From: Fonticula alba ATCC 38817 | Taxonomy: Eukaryota; Protista; Nucleariida | Direction: 5' to 3' (one strand) | Assembly: GCA_000388065.2 (NCBI GenBank) | Contig: KB932209.1 | Length of the DNA: 64,000 bases | Shown here: positions 34,975-48,800 of the stretch, piece by piece | How the letters are laid out: every line of letters starts with the position of its first letter | Position numbering within the stretch: position 1 is the first letter of the stretch | Made by a program: the position numbers and the translations under genes | Notes under the pieces: model-generated | What the model saw: only the letters and a program-made list of their open reading frames with translations | What the model was told of the DNA's origin: nothing | Database searches by the model: none

Positions 34975-37900
34975 GACAGCGCCTTGTTTGAGGCCCACAG
35001 CGGGGGCAGGAAGAGAGGCAAGGAGGAGGAGGGGGGGGAGGGAGGTGGGACGCGGGAGAGGAGAAGAGGCAAGCGGGAGAGGACGGGAGAGGGGTGGCGG
35101 GGGAGCGGGAGGTGGGCGGCGCGGTGTCGGCACGGGCACGGGCACGGGGGGAGAGGGGGGGGGGCGCGCCACAGCGAGCGGGGGGAGACTGTGATCTCGG
35201 CCTCCGGAGCACGGAGGATCAGCCGCAAAGGGGCAGCCAATGAAGGGATGCTCGGCGGTGCCCCGGCCAGCCGCGGGTGTGGGAGAAGCCCGCCAGCACG
35301 GCCGTCGGCGAGGCAGGAGGCGTCCCAGGGGGCGGATGAGCCGAAAGGCGAATTACACAAGACGCGCCGGCCGGCCAAGCTCGACCCCCCCCCCCCCACC
35401 CCCCCCCGGTCCTCCACTCAGGGGAGTCCGCGGGGAAGCTCGCCGACAACCCCTGGACGTAAATGGACGCTGAGTGTGGGTGGAGTCGGTGCGCGGTTGA
35501 GAATAGACAGGGCGAGAGGGCGGTCGGGGGGAGGGGGGTCAGCCAGGGGGAACGTGTGCTTGAAGGATAAAAGCGAGTAGCAAGCAATACACCCGGGCCG
35601 GGGGCCGGGGGGGAGGGAGCCTGGAGAACATCGGCAGTCCGCAAGTATTGCCCGGAGCCGCGGAGCCCTGCCGCGCAGGATGACCAATGAGTCTTGGACA
35701 CACGGGGGGCCAGGGGGGCGGGGGGGCACACAACTGTTGTTATTTTCTGCCCACTCTCCCGGGGCTGGCCCCCCGAGGCTGGTGAGACACCTTGAAGATG
35801 TGTGGGGAGTTGCGTGAAGCGAACGCACGCCAACATGCCGCCCCGCCCCGGAACACCCGAAGCAGGCAGAGTGGCCGGACGCGCGACGCGGGAGCAGGGG
35901 AGGATGCATCCGAGTGCGCGCACCCGGGGCCGTGCTGGCTTCCATTCTCGGGCGCAGACTCCCCCCGATCTGGCCAGGCTCAATCCGAGAGGGCATCCGA
36001 GCAGCGCCCGCACACCCGCGCAGGCCGGGACAGTGTGCCAGGGCCGCGCGCGCGCGCGCGCGCGCGGAGGGCCTTGCTTCCCACCCAGGAGAATCGTGTT
36101 TGGGAAGGGGCCCCCTGCCACACCGAGGCTCTCCCGAGAGGGGGAAAGAGCAACAGGACTGGGACTCCAACGGTCGGGATTCTCGCGCCGCGAACGAGGG
36201 GTAATCTCGAGGTTCGGTGGGGCGGGGGACAGGGGGGGGGGGGGAGGGGGGGAATATTTCCTCCCCACTGGGCCAGGTCGATCCCGAGGCGACCGCCCCG
36301 CCCCAAGACGAACTTCGGCCTGGGACAGAGCCCCGAATCGGCCACATCCCACCGGCGGGGGGAAATGAAAAACAAAATACCAAGCCACCGAAAGTGCAAA
36401 TGCGAGCTTCGCCAAGGGAGGGGCGCGGGGTGTTGGGGAGGGGGGCAAAGTGGGCTCCCGGCCGCAGTGCTCGAGGCGGGCGGGAGTGAGGGGCAATAAA
36501 CAGCCGGCCGGGCACGCTTCGCAGGCAACTATTGGCGAGCCGTGACATCCGGCCGACACTTGGGCAACGACCATCTCCCGTTCCCATGCACCCCCTTGAC
36601 GCCCCACGGGGGGGGGGGGGACGCTCGCCGTGTTGCAACACGCCGAGGGAGGGGGGAAGCATTTTCCGGCGCTGCATGCCAGCAACAAAGCGGGAAATGG
36701 TCGCCGGGCCCCCCTGGGTGCCGCCGGCAGGCCGCGCAGAAGGGCACGCAGCGCCGGCCTATCCGCCCCCCCCCCCCACGAGCTACCAGCGGACCGCCCG
36801 GCCCCCGCCCCCCTGTCGCCCGAGCCCCGGAGAATGAAATCCCCGGGCGCTGGTCGCGTTCGGCGCCACGCGCAGCTGCTCCGGGTATTCCCACACCCGG
36901 CCGGCACGGGCCGCGCTTGGCCCTGGCCAGGCGTGTGACACTGGCTCGGCTGCCTGCCCCCGGTCGGGGGGACTCGCACCAGGCCCGCCACTCCGCACGC
37001 AGAGGCAGGGGGGGCGGCCCGCCCTCGAGCATGAGAAAATCCTGCCCCCCCCCCCCCCCGCACCCGAGACACGGGGCGGCCGTTTTCAGGCGCCCCACGC
37101 CAGCCCCACACCGGCGCATTCGCGTGCCCCTCCGGGTGCATGAATGCCTCTGCGCCCCCCGCCCCCAAACACGCGGCTCCGCCACCGAAGCCGCGCGACC
37201 AGGCCAGCCTTCCCAATCCAGGCTAGACGAAACCGGCGCAGGCCCCGGGGCCCAGCGTGTTGGTGGTGTTTCAAGACCCGGCTGCTGCGGCGTGCCGTCC
37301 GGCCGCCCAGCCGCGTTCGCACATCCGGCATGCATGCCTGTTTACTCGCCTGCTTGGGGATGTGGTATCGGGCGGCGCGGGTGCGCTCGCGCGGAGCCCT
37401 CCTCACAGGAGTTCCCTGGCTCCCTCATCGTTCCGACGGCGGAAGCCCGATGGCGCGGGTGGCCGAGACTTGCAAGCGGCCAAGCGTCACTTCACCAGGC
37501 CCCCTCGGCCAAAGAAAAAAAAACCCGAGAGCCTGGGGAGGCGGGGCGAAACGGCGGCAGGCATCAATCCACCGGCTGCTGGGCCCGGATGCCAACTGGC
37601 GAGAGCTTGGCGTGATAGGCCAATCGAAGGCGGGTCACATGCCCCGCCCGGCGCGGAGGCGAGACCCTTGAACGTGCGCCCCCCCAGCTCCGGGTCTGCT
37701 ACATTGGATCCCCCCTCCCGGTCGCTGGCCCGGCTCGAGGCCCCCACGCAGTAGGGACGGGCCCAGCCCGATGTCGGACGAGCGGGGCCGTGTAACGGAA
37801 GCTCCTTCGGAAATCCTGCCACTGGGGTGAGGCCAGCCCCGAGCAGCAAGGGAGGGGGCACACCGGGCCCGGGAATACCGTTGTTTGAAAGACAGAGCGC

Positions 37901-39175
37901 GGAGGCCGGCCCGTGGACGAATGGTTGGGCAAGCCAAATGGAGAGGAGAAATTAAAAGCCGGCCCAGGAGGAGAAGCCCCAGACCGGAGCAGCCCACAGG
38001 CCTGACCGGGCCGTCGGTATTAGCTCTCTCATGGCATTCGACACACACGCGCACACAGTTGCCATGGTCTTCGGTAGGCCCCTCCGGCGGAGTCCCCTTT
38101 GCCGCCTTCGGCTTCGGTCGAAGGGTGGACCTGAAGACCTGGCGACCGGGCCCCTCCGCATGCGTGCGTATCGCCTTCCTCCGTCCGGCGCGCAACGCCG
38201 CTCGGTCCTGAACCATGGCCGGCACCTGGCGCCGCATCCCGCTCCAGAGGAATGCTACTTAGACTGTATAACGCATCCACGGGGTCTCTGCACGTGCAGT
38301 GCGCGATTCAGCGGCAGCTCCTCGATGGGCGTCGATGCCCGCTGCGGTCCTACCGTGGCGTGGTCACGCGGTGATGCACAAGGTCAAGAGTGAATAGCAT
38401 TCCTCGTATCTTCGCCAGCCCATTTTTGGGGTAAATTCACCCAGGCGTCCGACGCCACAGGGAGAAGCATGGCCGTGCTGCGGGAATCTCCGCACCGTGT
38501 CTGGACGTTCTGGCGGGCCCGGGCCCAAACGTGCGCCACGGCGGTTCCCCATTTTAGTCGCCATTCATCACACGGAGTGCGCACACAGAGACACGCGGCG
38601 ACGAGGCCCAGTGGGTGGGGAAGCGCACAAAAGTGTGCGCGAGGCCCGGGCCCGGGTGACTCTGTGTCCCCTGGCCGGGTGGCCCCCGGCATCGGCCGCC
38701 GCGACCGCCCGGTCTCTCCGCTTTTACCGGCAAACAGCCGCGCGAAATGCCCCCGGCCGGCGAGCCTCACAAAAGCAAGCGCGCATGCAACCAGACACGG
38801 CTGCATCGCAACGCCCGTCCCGTGCCCACAGGGCCGGCCTGGTTCCCAACGATTGGGGCGGGCCGCGCTCTGGCCAGGGCCCTTGCCTGGGAGCCGCTTT
38901 GGCGGGGGCGGATTGCATCGGCCGGGGGCCGCCTCCCTTCACAGGGGGCGGGGCATTGAAAGCGAGCGACCTCCACACATGCTAGTGTCCGACTTGCAAC
39001 ACCCCACGCTCCCCTCTTCCGCTTTCCGCTCGTCCCGCATCCCGCATCGACGGTATCCCCCCCTCCCCCCCTCCTCTCCACCCCGCCTCGCCCAGCACAC
39101 ACACATGCACATGCACATGCACATGCACATCGGCGCACCCACTAACCCCGCCGCAGTTCGTAGCACCCCGAAAAG

Positions 39176-40896
39176 ATGATCTCCGCCCTTGCCCGCCGCG
39201 CCCCTACCGCCGCCGCCGCCGGTGCTCGCGCCTTCACCACCTCCGCTGCCCGGGCGATCTCCCTGCCGGCTGGCCATGTTGCGGCCTCCTCGCAGCCCGG
39301 CGACGTCGCGGCCGAGGCCAACGTCTACACCTCCTACGACTGGACCGATCCGCTGAACCTGGCCTCCTGCCTGACCGACGAGGAGCGCATGATCCAGTCG
39401 CAGGTGAGCGCCTACTGCCAGCGGGAGCTGCTGCCGCGCGCGCGCGAGGCCAACTCCAAGGAGCACTTCGACCGCGCCATCATGCGCGAGATGGGCGCCC
39501 TCGGCATGCTCGGGTCCACCATCGACGGGTATGGCTGCCCCGGTGTCAACTCCGTGTCCTATGGTCTGATGGCTCGCGAGGTGGAGCGCGTCGACTCCGG
39601 CTACCGCAGTGCCATGAGTGTCCAGAGCTCTCTGGTCATGTACCCGATCTATGTGTTCGGCAGCGAGGAGCAGCGCTCCAAGTACCTGCCCCGCCTGGGT
39701 ACGTGCCCGGCATGCGCACCACCCTTGTGGCCAGCCTCCCGGGGCGGAGGCCGAGAGGGGGCAGACGCTCTTCCTTCCTTTCCTTCTTTCCCTTTTCCCT
39801 CCGCCCCCCCCCCCCCATGCTCACCTTGTGTCTTTCTCTTCCCCAGCTACCGGTGAGATCATCGGTGCCTTCGGCCTGACCGAGCCCAACCACGGCTCCG
39901 ACCCCGGCAGCATGGAGGCTCGTGCCAAGTCCATGCCCGGCGGCGACTTCAAGCTCTCCGGTACCAAGACCTGGTGCGTGATGGGGCCCGGCATGCAACT
40001 CCCCCCCCCCCCCCCCCCCCCCCCTGGATCTTCCAGCCCTGCCAGTCACGGGGCGGTGTCCTCATTCTAACGTCTCTGCTGCCCCCGGCGCGCCGATCCA
40101 TGCAGGATTACCAACTCCCCGATCGCCGACGTCTTCGTCGTCTGGGCCAAGACCGACGACGGTGTCATTCGCGGCTTCCTCCTCGATCGCGTATGTGTCC
40201 CCCTTCCCGCCTCCCCCCGCCATTCCACACACCATCCCCGCGGGCGCCCTAATCTCGCTGCCCTCCCGGCTGTCTTCCTCGCCTTCTCCCCTTCCCCTCT
40301 CCACCATCCAGGACATGCCCGGCCTCTCCACCCCCACCATCCACGGGAAGTTCTCCCTGCGTGCCTCGACCACCGGCCAGATCGTCATGGACGACGTCAT
40401 TGTCCCGGCCACTGCCATGCTCCCCGGCGCCCGCGGTCTGCGTGGGCCGTTCTCTTGCCTGAACAAGGCCCGCTTCGGCATTGCCTGGGGCTCGCTCGGC
40501 GCGGCCGAGGCCTGCCTGCACGCCGCTCGCAGCTACACCGTCGACCGCCAGCAGTTCGGCCGCCCGCTGGCCGCCACCCAGCTCATCCAGAAGAAGCTGG
40601 CCGACGCCTCGACCGAGATCGCCCTCGGCCTGCAGAGCTGCCTGCAGGTTGGCCGCCTGATGGACGCCGGCCGCGCCGCCCCGGAGATGATCTCCATGCT
40701 GAAGCGCAACAACTGCGGCAAGGCCCTGGCCATCGCGCGCGAGGCCCGCGACATGCTCGGTGGCAACGGCATCTCCGACGAGTACCCGATCATTCGCCAC
40801 GTCATGAACCTCGAGGCCGTCAACACCTACGAGGGCACCCACGACGTGCACGGCCTGATCATTGGCCGCGCCATCACCGGCCATGCTGCCTTCTAA
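39176..40896 (+). CDS. GCDH: Glutaryl-CoA dehydrogenase, mitochondrial
   Basis: Exons 39176-39698, 39847-39973, 40106-40190, 40312-40896. Motifs: [72 protein letters not shown]. An N-terminal presequence is present. Confidence 0.97.
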
Positions 40897-41525
40897 GAAG
40901 AAGGGGCAAGGCACCGCCTCCAGGCGTCTTGTCTGTCCTTCTATCATTCTTTCCGACCCCTGCGTCCTCCCCTCTCCCCCTTCGGGCGGCGTGTATCATT
41001 CAAGCCCTCCCGATGCCGTCGCGGGGGAGGCGGGTGGCTTTTGTGAGGAGTCGGATCCGATAGGGCTGGCCCCTACAGGGGATGGCGAGGGGGACGACCC
41101 ATCCCTTGCATGTGTGGGCGTTTGCCCCCGGCGCCAAGAGGACCACCCGCCCACCACGTCAGCCCCGTATTCTGTGTGCGCGCGTGTGCACATGCAAGCC
41201 CACATCTTCTTGTCCTCTCTGTCCAGCCTGCTTTGCCCCTCGCCAAGAGGTGTCGGCAGGAGGAAAACACCCCCCCCCCCCCCACAATACACTCCCTCCT
41301 GTTTGCCTTCTGGAGCGGGCCTCATACGATCGTGTGTGTGTGTGTGTGTCACACCACAAAGCAGGGCACATATGGAATCTATTCAGGGGGGAGGTCTTCA
41401 CCCCCGCCCCCTGTGCGAGGCAACATGCATCTATGGGACCGCTTTGCTGGGGAGGGCAGAGAGGAAGCCTCGGCGGGAGGGCACCGACTGTCCGACCCCC
41501 TCTCTGTTCCCTTCCCTCGCGGTGT

Positions 41526-44500
41526 TTATGAGGAGGGGCTTGTTGCTGGCGCGCCGGTGGCAATCCCAAGGAGACGTTTCCTGGCCGTGAGGAAGGCCTC
41601 AGACACCACGGCCTCGTGGTCCTTGGCGACGGGAGTCCCCTCCGGGGCGTGCTCGTTGGCGGTGGCCACATCTTCGGCATCCTCGGCGGGAGCGTCGGCA
41701 GCCGGCGTTTGCTCGGCCCCCGAGGACCGAATGGCCGACAGGGCCTCCAGACTGGCGACCACCTCCTCGCGAATGGCCTGGTACAGGGCCGACTCACGGA
41801 TGGCGGCCGCTGAGCTGGGGCCCGAGCCACCGGCCGCATCATGCTGCATGACAAACAGCTTGTCGGTCAGAGTATCGACGAAGGCATCGGAGACCGGCGC
41901 CTGGAGCATCGCATCGCGCGACAGGGAGGTGCGACGGGGAGCGCGAGCAGGGAGAGGGCAAAGGTAAGCAGCAGGCATGACAGGCGCAGGGGGGGGGGGG
42001 AGAGAGGGGAGGTAGCCCAACACCGATACGCACATCGAGGAGGCGCACGGCCCAGAAGAGAGTGAGACCAATGGCGCGCTCGAGCGTTGCGCCAGCGCGC
42101 CAGCCGCGAGTCATGGCCGTGAGAGCCGCCTCGGCCCCGTGCTCCTGGTGGTGGGCCAAGACCAGGGCTTGGGCATCGCGCAGGCGTCCATGTGCCATGA
42201 GGCACGAAACGAGCGACCCAAACAGGTCTCCCGACAGCGGGCCCTCGCGGTGAAGGAACTTCCCGAGGGAGGCCTCGTCCAAGAAGCGGACCGGCGAGAA
42301 AGAGGGGACCTCCTACAGGTGGCAGAGGAAGGCCAGGGGGATGGGCATCAGTGGATCATCGTCACGGCAGCGAGGTGTGCAGGGGCCGCCCATGTGCGCG
42401 GGCCGGGGGCATGGGCAGGGGGGATCCCCCGAGCATCGGGGGAAGGGCACGCACCCCGGCCTCCAGGTACTTCACCAGCGAGGAGGAGGCAACCGAAATG
42501 TCCAGATCGGCCAGGCCGTCGAGCAGCCGCACGTGCGACCGGTCATACGACCGGGGGAGGATGCCGACCAGGTCCATGATCTGGAGAGGTCGGGAGCGAG
42601 GGGACGGGGAGAGAGGGAGAAAGAAGAGGAGCGCATGGGTGCAGGGCGGCAGAGGTGGAGTGCCGAGGGTGCGCACTCGGTCAGACAACGGGAGGGGACA
42701 GGACAAAGACAGGAGCAGGCGGCAGGGGAGAAGAGAATGCCCGCGGGGATGGGCGCAGGCGTACAAGATGTCTGTCGCGGGAGGCGATCGCCGCGTCGAT
42801 GGCTAGCCCGACGGCGTCCTCATCGGGGAAGTCCCCGGGGAAGCGCTCAGCCACGCGCCGGAGGAGGCCCACCAACCCGGCGGCGCGAGCCGGGCCGTCG
42901 GGCCGGTTGGGCCCGGCCAGGGCATGCAACAGAGCCGAGAAGGCCTCGGAGTTCAGCTGGCCAGGATGCAGGCGAAGCAGACGCTGAGCCAGATCCAGCA
43001 CCAGCAGCGGGTTGCCGGTGTCCCACTCGGAGGCGGGCGCCCTGCCGGAGGGGGGAAGCTGGCGGCTGGTGGCCCCCTTGCGGTGGGCCAGCACTGGTGC
43101 CAGGCCGGTCGCCGTGGTGTCCAGCACGCGGGCCAGAGTGGGTGACTGGCCCGGGGCCTCGACCACGGGGGCAGCCTGCCGGGCCGCCGTCCGGGCGATC
43201 GTCTGCAACAAGGACACCACAGTCGAGGAGTCCCCCGCGAGATCCGGCAGGTAGGTCTGCACGGCATCGAGGAAGGTCACCATGTGGCCGAAGGAGTCCA
43301 CGTGCTGCAGCAGGGCATTCAAATGGTCGGCCGTGAGAGGCCTATTGCCACGAGGCCGCGTGCGAAAGCACGCGAGAGGAAGGGCCCGAGGGGGAGGGAG
43401 CCGGGTCAGCATACCCGAGTCGAGGGGCACCGGCCACCCAGAGGCCCGGTCGGTGGGTGGCAAGAAAGGGGCAACAGTGGAGAGGGGCCTTCGAAACGCA
43501 CTCCGACTGGGCGCTGTGCGCCAGGAGGGCCACCGCCGAGTGGAAGTCCCCCGCAGACAGGGCAAGGCTGGCCACGGCCCGGAGGTCGGCCGCACGAGCC
43601 GGCAGGGCCAGGCTCTCCGACCGGAGGAGAATCTTGAAGCAATCATCCAGCGCCGCAGTCGCCGACTGGGAGGGATCCTGGCGCTGGGCGTAGAGAGCGC
43701 TCAGCTCGGCCGGCAGGTCGGTCGGTAGGAAGCGCTCGCCGCCAATGCGCCCCAGCTCCCAGCACAGGGCTCCGGAGATGAAGGCCCGCGTGGGGGGGAT
43801 CTCCAAGCGGATGTACTTGAAAATCGGCGAAAAGGTATCCACGAAGCCCTGCACATGCTCCGGGGTCAGGGGGCCGTCCGGGGCGCCGGCGGCGGCGGCC
43901 ACCTGCTTCCAGGTCCGCATGGCGTCTGCCAGCCGGGTGTCCAACTCGCGGGCCATTTGCGGCCGGCGAGCCAGCTGCGTGTGCAGGAAGATGGCAAGCC
44001 GACGGAGGCCCAGGTTCGGCAGCGACAGCAGGCCGGCCAGGTAGGCATCCAGCGGCCCGACAATGGACGGCCGCCCCGGCGCCAGGAGCTGCCCCTCCGG
44101 GCTGTAGTACCGGAAGCCGGCCTGCGTGCGGGCCGGGTGGGCGCCGACATTGTGCATGGCATTGGCTTGGGCGACATGCCGCAGGAAGAGCCGGGTGGCG
44201 GCCGTGAGGCTGGCGGTGGCCACGGATGCCCGAAGGGGGGAGAGCGACGGCGGAGGGCACGGGCCGCGATGGGAGAAGGGTCAGAGGGCGGCCCGAAGAG
44301 CGACAAAGCAGCCAGAAGATGCCGAATGACAGGCGGCAGCGAAGCAGAAACACACCCGGCCGGCGTGGCTTGCACAAAGGCCTCCGTGATGAGGCCCTCG
44401 ATGCGGCGATCTTCCGCAATGGCCTCCTCCAGCAGGGCCGCGCTCTCGGGAGACAGGTTGTCAGCCTGGTTGACATCGGCGGCAGGCGCCGCGTCCAGCG

Positions 44501-44646
44501 CCAGCATGTTGGATAGCGAGTTGCCGGCGTTGTCGGCCAGACGCAGCAGCGACCCAAGCAGCGGCGATAGCGGGGCATCGCCAGCGGCGGGCGCCGGGGC
44601 ATTGGCCGAAGCGGCGGCTGCAGCTGCCGCCGACGTCGTCGCCGCT

Positions 44647-44687
<41 letters not shown>

Positions 44688-45026
44688 AGTGGACGCCGCG
44701 GTCGCCGCTGCCGAAAAGTAGAACCCGCCAGCCTCCGGAACATTGCGGTGGAGATGCCGCAGGGACTTGATCGGCTTAAAGGCGGCCCGCTGCGACACGG
44801 CGAAGGGGGTCTGCTTGTCGGTGATGGCCCGCGTGGCGGCGCCCTGGGCGCGCAGGTGCATGACAGCCTCGGAGGCCCGCTGGCCGCCCTGCGACACCAT
44901 GCTTCGAGTCAAGGCCACGGAGTCCGACGTCCGGGGGGCGCTCAAGTGCGATCCCGCGGCCGGGGCCGCCGCTGCGGCCAAAGGCGCCGCGACCCGCAGC
45001 CGGGACATCTTCTGCAGAGCGGACAT
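41526..45026 (-). CDS. Large alpha-helical orphan protein with PPR-like segments and a putative mitochondrial presequence
   Basis: ATG at 45026 gives MSALQKMSRLRVAAPLAAA. About 6 exons carry Leu/Ala-rich helices, including NSEAFSALLHAL, PDEDAVGLAIDAAIASRD and DLFGSLVSCLMAHGRLRDAQALV. Stop at 41526-41528. Exon boundaries are approximate. Confidence 0.65.
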
Positions 45027-45816
45027 GGGCCGGCTGTGTATGTGTGCGTGCGTACGTGTACGTGCACGTTTGTGTGCCTGGGTATGCCTGGGTACGGGGG
45101 GCGTGTGTGTGGGCGCGCGTGTATGGGCGAGCTGGGGGGGAGGGGGGAGGCAGAAAGGGCGCCAGGGAAGGGCGTCTTGTCGGGCGGGCGTATGGGCAAG
45201 CGAGGGGCAGGGAGAGGAGAATGGGACAGTGGAAGGGGGGGGGTAGGCAGCAGGGAGGACGGAGGAGTGTGCTCGAGGCGGGCGGTGCCCCTGGCAGGGA
45301 GCCAGTCTTTTGGAAGATGCCCCTGGCGTCGCCACATCCCTCCGGGCCCGGGGATCCAGACACCCCTTGAGGGAGGGCGCGTGCATGATGCCCGCGGCGA
45401 TGCCCGGGCACACGCCTGCCTGTTGCCAGCGGAAGGCAAACACGCGAGCAGGCCAGGGTGCGCGTGAGAAGGCCGCCCCGTTTGAGACTAGCATGTGTCG
45501 CCCCACCCACATCCCCTTGCGTCTCCGCACGCCGCACCACACAGCCTGTGCAACAAACACTTGCACGGTCCCAGCCTGAAAGAGGAGGGGGAGGGCGACA
45601 CTTCACACACACGGGCCATGCCCGCGGCCAAGTACCCCCCAAGCTGAAGCGCCCCGCAGACACACACACACGCGCAGGGCGGATCCCGCGCGGGGAGATG
45701 GACCTGATCTGGTCTTCGAGAAATGGGAGGTGCCGACGCACTGTGACGAGACCGAGGACACATTTTATTGGTTGGTATTGTAGAACGAAAAATGCCATTG
45801 TCCGAGCTCGGGTGTT

Positions 45817-48800
45817 CTACGATGTGAAGAGGCGGAACCGATTGCTGCCCTGATAGAGGAGGAAGCCGTTCAGATTTAGGTTGTCGATGAAGGAGTTTGG
45901 ATTCCCGATTTGGAGAACTGACCAGATTTGAAGTGGAGGAGGGGCGGTGAGTGAACCGCGAGGGAGATGGCGACAGGCGGAGAAGAGGACGGAAAAGGAG
46001 GATGGAGAGAGAGAGAGAGGGGGGGGGGGGCACTCGTACCGCGGGCCAGGTCCATCAGCTCGCCGCGAGTGAAGTTGTGATCGCCACGTGCCGACGCCAG
46101 GATCTCCAACTGGGAGAGGAAGCGCCGCTGGGCGTTGCGGTTGCTGGAACCGGTGCCATGCTGTGCGCGGCCGAATTGCAGCTGGTTGTGCTCATCCTCG
46201 AGGGTACTGAAGACACTGTGCTTCCTGTAGACCGAGCCGTGCCGACAGGAGGAGGAAGAAGCATCGGAGCATGGGCAAGGCCAGTGTGCGGGGGCGGCAA
46301 ACAAAACAATCAGAGGGCGAACGAAGGGGCAGGAAGGGTGGGGGAAGACACACTCGAGACGCACATCAGCGCCGTCGCGGCAAGGGCATCCTCCTCGAGG
46401 ACAAACTCGCGCAGGTGCGCGCGCGCATGGGCCTCCGCCAAGCGAATAAGGCTCTCCAGCTGACGCGTGGTGATCAGGGTGGAATCGTAGGCCGCGTACT
46501 TTGACCGAAGCTCCAAGTAAAAGCGCTGCAGAATGCCGGCCGCCTTGGGGGTAAGGCTGGAGGGCACCAGCGCCAAATAGGCCGAGGGGGAGGGGGGAGG
46601 GGGAGAGATGGGCGGGAGGTAGGGAGAGCAGTTAGTCGCCAAGGGGGGAGGGATGGTGTCGGGCAAAGAGGCACGGCGACACGCACGTCGGGAAGACATA
46701 TGTCCGCGCATAGAGGATGTACTTGCGCAGGAGCTTCGGCGGGAAGGGACTGAAGCCGGATGGTGCGGTTGAAAGGTCGCGGATGAAGGCATCGGCATCC
46801 AGATCACCGGGAGCTCGGGAGGGCATGGCATTGCCGGCGGCGGCGGAGGGATGTGGCGGCGGCGGCGGCGGCTGCTGCTGTTGCTGCTGGGGTACATGAC
46901 CATGCCCTTGGCTTGGCGATCGGGCATCCGCCCGCTCACCAGGCCCAAGTCCGCTATGGAGCTAAAGCCGGGGAGAAGCCCAGGGAAGGGGGGATGGTCA
47001 GTGGCAACTGGGGTGCGCAGGGAGAGGGATGGAAGAGCACAGGGCATGCGGGAGACATGCATGTGTCCAGGCACACACCGACATGACGTGGGCCGAAAGG
47101 ACCCGATCCAGCTCGGAGTCCGGAGTATCCAGCAGGATGAAGATCAGATCGAAGCGCGAGAGGATGGCATTCGAGAGTTTGAGGTTCTCAGAGACGGTTT
47201 TGTTTTTGCTGACAACATTGCGCCGTGTGTCAAAAGGGGAGGAACAGGTGCATGGCGGTGGAGGGGAGGGGGCAGACAGGGAAAGCAGCTTGGCATCGGC
47301 CCGGCACGCACTCGTAATGCCCACCAATCGGATTGGCCGCGGCCAGGATGCTTGTGCGTGAGGGGAGCGTGCAGCAGATGCCAGCCTTGGCGATGCTGAT
47401 GCTCTGCTGCTCCATGGCCTCCAGCAGGGCCTGGTGATTGGTGCCCATCTTGTCGAACTCATCGATGCAACAGATGCCCTGATCAGCCAGGACCAGAGCC
47501 CCGGCCTCCAGGGCGAAGTCGCCGGTGTCCGGGTCCCGGTGTAGGGTCACCGTCAGACCGGTGGACGTGGCATTGATGCCGCTGACGTACACCGACCGGG
47601 GGGCGATGCTGGACACGGCCTTCAGCAGCTGGGACTTGCCCATGCCCGGATCACCGACCACCAGGATGTGGGAATCGTGGCGTACTGACAGCCGGTCGTC
47701 GTTGCCGGTGTGCTTGCGCCGGCCGCCGAACAGTGCCAGCAGGAAACCGGCTGCCTCGGCCAGTGGGGGTGCCCACCCCGGGCCAGGCACAACGGTCAGC
47801 AAAGGGCCCAGAGCAGCAAGGCCGGAAAAGGAGGGGGAGCGACGAGACGCGCACCTTTGACAATGCTATGTCCATGGATGGCCGGACACATGGAGTGGAC
47901 CAGGCGCCGAAAGAGGGCCGGACGCGAAGCGATGTACCGGATGGAGTAGAGGTCTCGCACGGAGAAGGACTGATCCGAGCCGGAATAAGAATCCGAAGAG
48001 ACTCGGCTGTCGGCGGTGCTGTTCGTGTGTTCCAAGTCGCCGGCATCGTTGGCACGCCTGCAAGGTGGGGAGGAGGGAGGAGCAGGCAGGGGGGAAAAGA
48101 GGCCCCATCGAGGATGCATGACAGAGAGGAAGCCAGGAGGAGAGGAAAGATCCATCAACACAAGTCAGAAGCTGAGAGAGAGAGAGAGAGAGAGAGAGAA
48201 GAACAGACAAACAAAACTGGCAGACAAAACTGGCAAACAGACACATTGGCAGACAAGCAGGATAGCCAGGAAGGGAAGCAAGTCCACGTACGAGCTCTCC
48301 ACCCCGAGGGCTTCGAGATACAGGAAGAAGGTGGTGGCGTTGCGATTGCGCTTGCGCGAGCTTGACCCCTCGCCGGTGCCCGCCCCGGTGCTTCCACTGG
48401 AGTCACTCTCCTCCGTGCCGACCAGCTTCACGGTTCCGGTGACAGTGACCACATCGCCCGGCACGCAGGAGTCCACCAGGTAGGGCGGCAGGTCGACGGC
48501 AATGTTCTTGGGGATGCGTCCGGCCATGGCGTCGTCGGCCGTTTCGCCGGCATCCTCTCGCGGAAGCTCCTGGATTTTGATTTGCTGCCAGTCGCAGGTG
48601 GTTGTCCCCGGCGAGTCGCGCAGGAACTCGAACACCTTGCCTCGGCACCCGCGCCCCAGGCACCGAGCCGGCGGCTGGAAACGGCCCTCGGTAAAGAGGA
48701 CCACCTGCTGGCCGAGGCACTTGACGCAGGAAAACTCCCCGGACAGGGCCACCGGCTTGATGTTGGACGTGCGGACGACCGTCCCCCGGACCGAGACAAA

